From Phototrophicaceae bacterium (GTDB lineage: Bacteria; Chloroflexota; Anaerolineae; Aggregatilineales; Phototrophicaceae), in contig CBDDPG010000001.1 of NCBI GenBank assembly GCA_965232245.1, positions 50,635-114,634 of the forward strand: a stretch of DNA of 64,000 nucleotides, given 5' to 3'. The notes below the pieces were generated by a model, which saw nothing but the letters and a program-made list of their open reading frames with translations, ran no database searches and was not told the DNA's origin. The translations under genes were made by a program, and so were the position numbers. This document shows positions 26,708-34,796 of this stretch, in pieces. The number at the start of each line of letters is the position of its first letter. Positions within the stretch are counted from its first letter, which is position 1.

Positions 26708-26783
26708 CAATGATAGCAAGCCGTCTTGCAAAAGGCAAAACCCGTCGCGGTCGATTTGCAATCTGTCAAGGCCACCCTATAAT
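26708..26783 (+). promoter_or_regulatory. Promoter (TTGCAA-16-TATAAT) with upstream palindromic motif ATAGCAAGCCGTCTTGC
   Basis: -35 at 26756-26761, -10 at 26778-26783, motif at 26713-26729; a near-identical arrangement is at 34690-34766. Confidence 0.5.
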
Positions 26784-26815
26784 CAGTGCATTGTTCGCCA
26801 AGTCAAAGAAAAGGG

Positions 26816-27778
26816 ATGTTCCCAGAACCGCATTTGGTCCCATCGGCGCTTGAGGCGATTGGCAATACGCCGCTGGTGGAATTGTCGCGCATTTGCGCAA
26901 GGCTTGATGGCGCTGTCTTCGCCAAGCTGGAGTATCTCAATCCCGGTTATTCCAAGAAGGACCGCATCGCCCGGCAAATGATTGAAGATGCCGAGGCGCG
27001 GGGCGAGCTGCGCCCCGGCGATACCGTGGTCGAATTGACCAGCGGCAACACCGGCACAGGCTTGGCCATCGTTTGCGCCGTCAAGGGCTATCGCTTCGTG
27101 GCTGTGATGTCCCGCGGCAACTCCCCCGAACGCGCCCGCATGATGGCCGCGCTGGGCGCCGAAGTCGTGCTGGTCGAGCAATGCCCAGCTTCCCAGCCGG
27201 GACAAGTTTCCGGCGCGGACCTGGCGCGCGTCGAAGCAAAGGCGCGCGAGATCGTGGTCCAGCGCGGCGCTTTCCGCGCCGATCAATTCCAGCTCGAGGG
27301 CAACCGCCGCGCGCACTACCTGCACACCGCGCCGGAAATCTGGCGGCAGTCCGGCGGCATCGACGCTTTCTGCGATTTTATCGGCAGTGGCGGATCCTTC
27401 GCCGGCTGCGCGGCGTACTTCAAGGAGCGCGACCCCGCCATTCAATGTTATATTGTGGAACCGCAAGGCGCGGCCGCCTTTGCGGGGGAAGCGGTCACGG
27501 CGCCGAATCACAAGATTCAAGGCGGCGGCTATGCCATGGCGGCGCTGCCAATGATCAATCGCGATCTGGTTGACGGCTGCCTGCGCGTCAGGGACGAAGA
27601 AGCCGCGCGCATGTGCCGGCGGCTGGCGCGTGAAGAAGGCTTGTTCGCCGGCTATTCATCCGGGGCCAACCTGGCTGCGGCGCTGCAACTGCTGCGGGGG
27701 AAACATCGGGGGCAAGCCGTCGCCATTCTGCTGCCCGATTCCGGCTTGAAATATCTGAGCACAGACCTGTGGGATTGA
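26816..27778 (+). CDS. PLP-dependent beta-family enzyme (cysteine synthase/CBS-like fold)
   Basis: ATG at 26816 after AAAGAAAAGGG, in frame with ORF 26786..27778; LNPGYSKKDRIA (PLP Lys) and SGNTGTGLA motifs. Confidence 0.85.
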   Translation: MFPEPHLVPSALEAIGNTPLVELSRICARLDGAVFAKLEYLNPGYSKKDRIARQMIEDAEARGELRPGDTVVELTSGNTGTGLAIVCAVKGYRFVAVMSRGNSPERARMMAALGAEVVLVEQCPASQPGQVSGADLARVEAKAREIVVQRGAFRADQFQLEGNRRAHYLHTAPEIWRQSGGIDAFCDFIGSGGSFAGCAAYFKERDPAIQCYIVEPQGAAAFAGEAVTAPNHKIQGGGYAMAALPMINRDLVDGCLRVRDEEAARMCRRLAREEGLFAGYSSGANLAAALQLLRGKHRGQAVAILLPDSGLKYLSTDLWD

Positions 27779-27782
27779 AGTC

Positions 27783-28682
27783 ATGAACGCAAATGAATCG
27801 CGCGACGATATCGTCCGCTGGATCCGCAGCAACCACGAATCCCTATCGCCCAGCCAGCAGAAGGTGGCTGAATTCCTGTTGAAAGGCGGCATCAACGTCA
27901 TCCACTTGACCATCACCGAGATCGCCGGCGCCGTCGGCGTCAATTCGTCGACCGTGGTGCGGACCGCGCAAGCGCTCGGTTTCGATGGCTTCCCGGAATT
28001 GCAGTCGGTCTTGCGCAGCCAGTTTCTTAATCAGGCGCAGATCGCGCAGCGCATGCAGATCGGATCGCAAAAGCTGATCGAAGACCTCGCTTCCGGCGAA
28101 CCGGAGAATCAACACTTGCTGAGCGCGGTGCTGCGCGACGAGGTCCAGACCTTGCTCGATCTGCCGCAGCACGTGCCCATCCATGTTTTCGACCGCGCCG
28201 TCGATTTGATTGACCGCGCCAAGCATGTTTACATCATTGGCTTGGGCGATTCCTTTCCGCTCGCGCTCAATTTCGGCATCATGCTGCGCTATATCCGCCC
28301 GCATACCACCGTGCTCACGCCGGGCATCGATCCCATCGCCGCGCAATTGACGCCGCTCGCGGAAGGCGATCTGATCTTCGCGCTGTGCTTCGCCCGCTAC
28401 ACGCGCGAGACCTTGACCGTGATGGAAGTAGGCAGGCAGCGCGGCGCCTCCGTAGTCACCGTCACCGACAGCCATGTATCGCCGGCCGCCAAGCGCGCCG
28501 ATCGCGCGCTGATCGTGCCCTTCCGCCTGCGCCTCTTCAGCAATACCGTCGCGCTCTTCGCCTTGCTCGACGCCATCCTGGGCGCCTTGTCCCTGCGCTA
28601 TCCGGAAAAAACGCGCGCCCGCCTCGACAGCCTCGAAGACCTCTACAAGCAGTTCAATCTTTTGAGCGCGGACGATGATTGA
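27783..28682 (+). CDS. MurR/RpiR family transcriptional regulator (HTH_6 + SIS domain)
   Basis: 299 aa; N-terminal LSPSQQKVAEFLL...ITEIAGAVGVNSSTVVR and C-terminal SIS pattern VYIIGLGDS. Confidence 0.85.
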   Translation: MNANESRDDIVRWIRSNHESLSPSQQKVAEFLLKGGINVIHLTITEIAGAVGVNSSTVVRTAQALGFDGFPELQSVLRSQFLNQAQIAQRMQIGSQKLIEDLASGEPENQHLLSAVLRDEVQTLLDLPQHVPIHVFDRAVDLIDRAKHVYIIGLGDSFPLALNFGIMLRYIRPHTTVLTPGIDPIAAQLTPLAEGDLIFALCFARYTRETLTVMEVGRQRGASVVTVTDSHVSPAAKRADRALIVPFRLRLFSNTVALFALLDAILGALSLRYPEKTRARLDSLEDLYKQFNLLSADDD

Positions 28683-28685
28683 AGC

Positions 28686-29567
28686 TCAAGCGCGCACGTT
28701 GGGATCGAGCGCGTCGCGCAGGGCGTCGCCGATGATGTTCATGACCAGCACGACCGTGGTGATGGTGACGCCGGGGAAGACGGCGATCCACCACTGCGTG
28801 CGCATATAATTGCGCCCGTCTGCCAGCATCGCGCCCCATTCCGGCGTCGGCGGGCTGACGCCCAGACCCAGAAAGCTCAAACTCGCGCCAGCGACAATGG
28901 CGCCGGATACGCCCAGCGTCGTTAAGACGATCAAGGGTCCCAGCACCCCGGGCAATACGTGGAAAAACATGATGCGGGGCGAACCCGCGCCCATGCTGCG
29001 CGCCGCCATCACATATTCCATCTCGCGGATGGCCAGGGTGATGCCGCGGATAAGACGGGCATAGGTCGGCACGGAAAAGAAGGCGATGGCGATGATCACA
29101 TTCCGCATGTCCGAGCCGAGCAGGCTCACCAACCAGATGGCCAGAATCAGCCCCGGGAAAGCCAAGATCAAATCCATCAGGCGCATGATGATGTCATCGA
29201 GCAAGCCGCCGACGAAACCGCCGATCAGCCCCAGCGGTACACTGACCGCTGTAGCCAGCGCGATTGACAGGAAACCGACTTGCAAGGACACGCGCCCGCC
29301 GTAAAGGACGCGGCTCATGATATCGCGCCCCAGCTTGTCGGTGCCAAAAGGATGCGCCAGTGACGGTCCCAGGTTGCGCTCCGGCGTATTGCGCTCGATA
29401 GGATCATAGGGCGTTACAATGTCCGCGAAAAGAACCGCCAGCAGAATCAAAGCCAGACAAATGAGCCCAACCACCGCCACGCGGTTGCGCACGAACTTGT
29501 GGATGACCAGCTCGTATAAGCCGGTCGGGCGCTCGCTGCTTTTCAATTCATTCACCGTCTGAGTCAC
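28686..29567 (-). CDS. ABC transporter permease (DppC/OppC-like)
   Basis: 293 aa; FGTDKLGRDIMSR, EYVMAARSMG. Confidence 0.9.
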   Translation of the reverse strand: MTQTVNELKSSERPTGLYELVIHKFVRNRVAVVGLICLALILLAVLFADIVTPYDPIERNTPERNLGPSLAHPFGTDKLGRDIMSRVLYGGRVSLQVGFLSIALATAVSVPLGLIGGFVGGLLDDIIMRLMDLILAFPGLILAIWLVSLLGSDMRNVIIAIAFFSVPTYARLIRGITLAIREMEYVMAARSMGAGSPRIMFFHVLPGVLGPLIVLTTLGVSGAIVAGASLSFLGLGVSPPTPEWGAMLADGRNYMRTQWWIAVFPGVTITTVVLVMNIIGDALRDALDPNVRA

Positions 29568-29582
29568 TGATACCAGCCGGTC

Positions 29583-30506
29583 CTATTCATAACGGATGCG
29601 CGGATCGACAAAGGCGTAAATAATATCAACAACGAGATTGACAAATACAAATGAGGCGGCAACCAGGATCACCGCGCCCTGAATCATCGGATAATCTCGA
29701 TTGGAAATGGCGTCAATCGCCAGGCTGCCGACACCGGGCAGATGGAAAATGCTTTCCGTGATAACCGCCCCGCCCAGCAAGCCGCCGACCGAAAGACCCA
29801 CCACCGTGATGACCGGAATCAAGGTATTCTGCAGCGCATGGCGGATTAGCACGCGGCGCTGCGTCAGTCCCTTGGCGCGCGCCGTGCGCACAAAATCGGT
29901 ACTCAAGACTTCAATCATGCTCGAGCGCGTCAGACGAGCGATGAGCGCGCTCTGGCCCAGGCCCAGCGTCGTGACCGGCAGCACAAAATGCTTCCAGGTG
30001 CCGACGCCTTGCACCGGCAAGACGCGCAGGCCGACCGAAAAAACCAGGATCAACATCAAGCCCAGCCAGAAGGTCGGGATCGAATAGAAGAGCACAGCCA
30101 GGACAATGCCGAAATTGTCTATCCAGGTACGCTGATACACCGCCGTCAGCACGCCAATGACCAAGCCCAAACTGGTGCCGATGGCGACGCAAAGAAAGGT
30201 CAGAACAGCCGTGAAGGGAAAGGCTTTGGCGATCACGCCCAGGACCGGCTCGCGAAACTTGACCGAGCGCCCCAGATCGCCTTGAACGAAGTTGCGCAGG
30301 AAGATCAGATATTGCTCGAAGACCGGGCGATCCAAACCCAGGTTATGGCGGATCTGCTCGATCAACTCCGGCGTGGCGCGGTCGCCCGCCATCACTTTGG
30401 CCGGGTCGCCGGGCAGCGCCACCCGCAGCATGACAAAGACGACCGTTGTCACGCCCAGGATCAGGGGGAAGGCGACCAATATACGGCGGAGGATGTACTT
30501 GCTCAA
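29583..30506 (-). CDS. ABC transporter permease (DppB/OppB-like)
   Basis: 307 aa; MSKYILRRILV, FVRTARAKGL. Confidence 0.9.
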   Translation of the reverse strand: MSKYILRRILVAFPLILGVTTVVFVMLRVALPGDPAKVMAGDRATPELIEQIRHNLGLDRPVFEQYLIFLRNFVQGDLGRSVKFREPVLGVIAKAFPFTAVLTFLCVAIGTSLGLVIGVLTAVYQRTWIDNFGIVLAVLFYSIPTFWLGLMLILVFSVGLRVLPVQGVGTWKHFVLPVTTLGLGQSALIARLTRSSMIEVLSTDFVRTARAKGLTQRRVLIRHALQNTLIPVITVVGLSVGGLLGGAVITESIFHLPGVGSLAIDAISNRDYPMIQGAVILVAASFVFVNLVVDIIYAFVDPRIRYE

Positions 30507-30558
30507 GTCTAGCGGTCCCTACGCTCACAGCCTACTCTAGTGATTGGCATAGCAGGGT

Positions 30559-30727
30559 CTACCCCACCCCTTGACCCCCTCCCCGAAGCATCAGGGAGGG
30601 GGAACGGAAGCGCATAGCTTTGTATTTCTCCTGCGCATCCGCGAGACCTTGCCGACGTAGTCTCGACTTTTTTGATGAGTCACCCTTCCCCATTGCAATG
30701 GGGAAGGGCTGGGGATGGGGTAGAAAA
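30559..30727 (-). repeat. GC-rich MITE/REP-like element, copy 2 (full length, with terminal inverted repeats)
   Basis: CTACCCCACCCC...CCCCGAAGCATCAGGGAGGGGG...AGTCTCGAC...CCCTTCCCCATTGCAATGGGGAAGGG...GGGGATGGGGTAG; reverse orientation relative to copy 1. Confidence 0.7.
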
Positions 30728-30763
30728 CTTGCCCCCTTAGTCAGCACTTGAGGATATATCAAG

Positions 30764-32368
30764 TTATTCCGTCTCGAAGTAAGCATTCCAGTACAGGAAG
30801 GTCAAGTCGGGATGGATGCGCCAGTTTTCCAGCTCGGCGCGCACGCCTGTCAAAGCCGGCGGCACAGCCAGGTAGACCCAGGGCGACGCCTCGATGATGT
30901 ATTGGCTGACTGCTGAAACCGCTTCGTAACGCATTTCTGGATCCAATTGCGTATCGGCGGCGATCAGCAAGTCCGTCAACTCGTCGGTGGAGAACCAGGC
31001 GCGGTTGCTGCCGCCCTTGCGTTCGGGATCGAAGAAATAGGTCAGGATGCTGGGATCGCTGTAGCCATAGAGCAAGAGGAACAGGTCGTGCTCGCCGGTC
31101 GTGGTCAGGTCGACCAAAGCCGAGAATTCCAGCAATTGGATTTCCAGCGGAATGCCGACATCGCGCCACTGCGCTTCCAGCACTTCGGCTTGACGGCGCC
31201 ATTCGTCCGGCGAGGCTGTGGCTAGCGGCACCGACCAGGCAGCCCCGTCGGGGTCTTCGCGCAAGCCATCGCCATCGACATCGACATAACCCAGGGAATC
31301 GAGCAGCTCGCTCGCTTTGTCCGGATCAAAACTCGGAGCCATCGCGTCCAGTTCGGGGTTGTGGCCCCAGATGGTCGGCGGCAGCGGTTGATAGAGCGGC
31401 TGCGCCAAATCTTCCCAAGCCAGGGTGACGAATTCTTCGCGGTTGGTGGCGTAAGCGAAGGCGCGGCGCAAATCCGGATTCGTCCAGGGATCCTTCGAGG
31501 TATTAAAACCGACATAGCGAATCTGGTTCAACTGCGCGATGTCCACGTCGATATCGGGATTGGCTTGCGCATCCGCCAGGTTCTGGGTCGGGATGCCCGC
31601 CAGCGACACTTCGCCGGTCTCCAAAGCCGCCAAAACGGTCTGCTCTTCGCCGATGAACAGGATCTGCAATTCATCCAAGAAGACCGGACCCGGGTGATCG
31701 TACAATTCTTCCGGCGCCCAGGTGAAATCGGGATTGCGCTCGAAGAGCACATGGTTGTCCGTGACCAATTCCTTGAAGATGAAAGGTCCGCCCCCGACCG
31801 GGCTGGTGCCGAAGTCGTCGGGTCCCATGGCTTCATAGGCGGTCGGCGAGACGATTTCCAAGCCCGACAGCACGAAGAACAAAGGCGCATAAGGCGAGGC
31901 GAGGTGCATGGTAAAGCTGTAGTCGCCGTTGATCTCGACCTCTTCCAGCAAGCCGATCAGATCGCGCCCCTGCGAGGCGCCCGTATCGGGATTGGCATAG
32001 CGATCCAAGTTCCATTTGATGGCTTCCGCGTCAATCGGACTACCGTCAGTGAAGGTGGCGAAGTCGATCAGGTTGATGGTCAAAGACTTGGAATCATCCG
32101 ATACTTCCCAGGTATCCGCCAGGAAGCCGATATAACTCATGTCCTCGGCGCGCGAGAACAGCGTCGGATAGATGGCGTAATGGGGCCAGCTATGCCAGGA
32201 CGATACAAAAGGATCGAGCGAGGTATTGGAATTGGCGTCCGCCACGACCAAGCGCCCACCCTTGCCTTCCATGATGTCTTGCGCCATGGACCCGCCGACA
32301 AGCGCCATGAACACAATCAGCAATACAAGAATTGCGAGCCTAGATTTAATCACGATTCTTTCCTCCAA
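30764..32368 (-). CDS. ABC transporter substrate-binding protein, family 5
   Basis: 534 aa; N-terminal hydrophobic anchor, family 5 pattern. Confidence 0.9.
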   Translation of the reverse strand: MEERIVIKSRLAILVLLIVFMALVGGSMAQDIMEGKGGRLVVADANSNTSLDPFVSSWHSWPHYAIYPTLFSRAEDMSYIGFLADTWEVSDDSKSLTINLIDFATFTDGSPIDAEAIKWNLDRYANPDTGASQGRDLIGLLEEVEINGDYSFTMHLASPYAPLFFVLSGLEIVSPTAYEAMGPDDFGTSPVGGGPFIFKELVTDNHVLFERNPDFTWAPEELYDHPGPVFLDELQILFIGEEQTVLAALETGEVSLAGIPTQNLADAQANPDIDVDIAQLNQIRYVGFNTSKDPWTNPDLRRAFAYATNREEFVTLAWEDLAQPLYQPLPPTIWGHNPELDAMAPSFDPDKASELLDSLGYVDVDGDGLREDPDGAAWSVPLATASPDEWRRQAEVLEAQWRDVGIPLEIQLLEFSALVDLTTTGEHDLFLLLYGYSDPSILTYFFDPERKGGSNRAWFSTDELTDLLIAADTQLDPEMRYEAVSAVSQYIIEASPWVYLAVPPALTGVRAELENWRIHPDLTFLYWNAYFETE

Positions 32369-32525
32369 AATTAGACAATGCGATTCAAAGCAGCTTCGCG
32401 CTTCATCTCACCGATAGATCCCCCTTTTCTGAAAAACCGACCTGTTCATATTTTAAGCTAGGCAAACGCGCGCGGGCGCGGCGGACTCAGCCCGCCGACA
32501 GCCCAGGGCTTATCGGCTGCGTCAG

Positions 32526-33443
32526 TTAATCCTGCGCTTGAAAAGCCTCATAGACAGCCATGCCAATCTCGCCCATGGCGCTCTCGACTTCGAATACACG
32601 TTGATGATGCGCCGCCGGCTTGTTCCAGTAGGGCGCCTCGTGCCACTCGGTGAAGATCGTCAGAATCACATGATTGCTTTCGCCGAGCATGATGATGCCG
32701 CTGTCATTGCGGATGCCGCCGATGGTGCCCGTCTTATGCGCGACTTTGACACCCAGCGGCAAGAAGCGCGACAAACGCACGTTGAATTGCTGCTTGAGCA
32801 GAATATCCAGCGCGAGCTGCCGCGTATCGCCGGCAAAGAGCTGCCCGCTATAGATCTTGTGCAGCAGCTTGTTCATGGCATTGGCTGTGCTGACGTTGTT
32901 GTCCGCTCCCTTGCTGAAAGCCAAGCCATCGCGCAAAATATCATGCCGCGCGCTCCAGGCGATCAACTCCTCCAGCGGCAGATCCACAACCTCGTCGGGG
33001 AACAGATAGCGCAGCAATTCCTTGCAGTTGTGCTTGAAGTAAATCTCGCTCAGCCCAATCTCCCGCATATAGCCCTCGATGACCGCCGCGCCGCCCAGCG
33101 CCGCCACCATCATATCGGTCGCGGTATTGTCGCTGATGATGATCATCAAGGTCAGCAAGTCGCGCAGGGTCGGCTGCAAGCCGCTCTCGAAATAAGGCAA
33201 GATGCCGCTGCCCAGGCTCTTGTCCTCGTCGCTGAGGGCATGGCGCGTATCAAGGCTGATTTCGCCTTCAGCGAGCTGTCGGCAGGCTGTCGCCAAAATG
33301 GGAATCTTGAAGACGCTGGCCATCGGGAAGGGCTCGTCGCCATTCACTGCGACTTGCTGGTCCGATTCTATATGCCAAACCGCCACGCCAGCCTGGATCT
33401 CCGCCGCCTCAATGATGCCCGTGATTGTCTCGGCAAGTTTCAT
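32526..33443 (-). CDS. Class A beta-lactamase-fold serine hydrolase, no signal peptide
   Basis: 305 aa; SVFK (SxxK), SDN, HKTGT (KTG) motifs; N-terminus MKLAETITGIIEAAE is not signal-like. Confidence 0.8.
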   Translation of the reverse strand: MKLAETITGIIEAAEIQAGVAVWHIESDQQVAVNGDEPFPMASVFKIPILATACRQLAEGEISLDTRHALSDEDKSLGSGILPYFESGLQPTLRDLLTLMIIISDNTATDMMVAALGGAAVIEGYMREIGLSEIYFKHNCKELLRYLFPDEVVDLPLEELIAWSARHDILRDGLAFSKGADNNVSTANAMNKLLHKIYSGQLFAGDTRQLALDILLKQQFNVRLSRFLPLGVKVAHKTGTIGGIRNDSGIIMLGESNHVILTIFTEWHEAPYWNKPAAHHQRVFEVESAMGEIGMAVYEAFQAQD

Positions 33444-34639
33444 GAGCCGCCTCCGCCAGAATAGGGGTAATTGTCGCGCCAGGCTTGCTTCGCCTCTGCC
33501 AGGCGCTCGCGCTGGACGGCGACGCCGATGCCCGCGCCATCAGCAACAGCCAGTGTGCTTGCTTCGCCCAGGGCAAATGGCGGTTCCGTCAGATCGGGAT
33601 CAAAATAGCGGTCGGTCGCCGAGATGTCCGACGGCAGGTTGACCGCGGGCAAAGCCGCAAAAGACAGGTTCGCCGCGCGTCCGACGCCGCATTCCAGCAT
33701 GCCGCCAATCCAAAGCGGCAGCTCGTTCTCGACGCAGATGCGGTAAATTTCCAGGCACTCGCTGAAGCCGCCCACGCGCGCCGGCTTCAAGTTCAGGATG
33801 CCCAGCGCGCCCACTTGCAGCGCGACGCGCAGGTCGCTCGCCGACTTGACGCTCTCGTCCAGGCAGACGCGCGTCGCCAGGCGCGACTGCAAAATGCCAT
33901 GCTGATAGATGTCATCGTGGGGCAGCGGCTGCTCGATCATCAGCAAGTTGAACTGATCCAGTTTTGCCAGATGCTCGGCGTCGCCGATGTTATAGTCGCT
34001 GTTGGCGTCCAGCATCAGCAGAACATCGGGAAAGCGCGCCCGCACCGCCCGCGCCACCTCGATATCCCAGCCCCGCTTGATCTTCAGCTTGATGCGGCAA
34101 TAACCCTGGTCCAGGCGTTCGGCTACCACAGCCACAGTCGCGTCCAGCGAAGCCTGTATGCCGATGCTGACGCCCACTGTCGCCCGTCCCTCCGATTCGT
34201 GACCCTCCGGCGCGTAATGGGCGAAACAATCGGTCAGCCGCAGATCGTTGCGCTTGGCAAAGGCGTCCCAAACCGCCGCTTCCAGCCCAGCCCGCGCATG
34301 ATGATGGCCCCGGAAGCGCCGAATCAGGGCAGGGAAATCGGTCGGGTGATGCAACGTCGCGCCAAGCACGGCCGGCGCCAAGAACTGAGACAAGATGTGA
34401 TTGGCTGTCTCAGCCGTCTCGTGCCCATAACCGGGCCAGAGCTCAATCGAGCATTCGCCCCAGCCGGTCAGGCCGGTCTCCGTGGTCAGCTCCACCAGCA
34501 CCGCTACTTTATGCGTTTCCGCGCCGAAGCTGGTCTCAAATGGACGCAGATAGGGCAGCAGCACCGTGTGCAACTGCAGGGATTTTATCGTTATTGGCTT
34601 CAAATTATCGTCCTTTTCGCCGCGGCTAGGCTCCGGCAA
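33440..34639 (-). CDS. Enolase-superfamily OSBS/N-acylamino acid racemase-like enzyme
   Basis: 399 aa; KLKIKRG (KxK), MLDANSDY, MIEQPL, CLDES motifs; stop overlaps the next gene start by 4 bp. Confidence 0.8.
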   Translation of the reverse strand: MPEPSRGEKDDNLKPITIKSLQLHTVLLPYLRPFETSFGAETHKVAVLVELTTETGLTGWGECSIELWPGYGHETAETANHILSQFLAPAVLGATLHHPTDFPALIRRFRGHHHARAGLEAAVWDAFAKRNDLRLTDCFAHYAPEGHESEGRATVGVSIGIQASLDATVAVVAERLDQGYCRIKLKIKRGWDIEVARAVRARFPDVLLMLDANSDYNIGDAEHLAKLDQFNLLMIEQPLPHDDIYQHGILQSRLATRVCLDESVKSASDLRVALQVGALGILNLKPARVGGFSECLEIYRICVENELPLWIGGMLECGVGRAANLSFAALPAVNLPSDISATDRYFDPDLTEPPFALGEASTLAVADGAGIGVAVQRERLAEAKQAWRDNYPYSGGGGS

Positions 34640-34689
34640 GATAAAGGCGCAGCGCCTCTCGGCGGCAGCAGCGCATGCGCAAAGTCTGT

Positions 34690-34766
34690 CAATTATAGCA
34701 AGTCGTCTTGCCTTTGCAAAACTTGGCGCAGAAAAATTTGCGCAACGCCCGGCGAAAGTCTATATT
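34690..34766 (+). promoter_or_regulatory. Promoter (TTGCGC-17-TATATT) with upstream palindromic motif ATAGCAAGTCGTCTTGC
   Basis: -35 at 34738-34743, -10 at 34761-34766, motif at 34695-34711; the motif-to--35 distance (43 nt) is identical to the 26713/26756 pair. Confidence 0.5.
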
Positions 34767-34796
34767 TGACAGCATAAAAGGAATGGATGGACGCTA

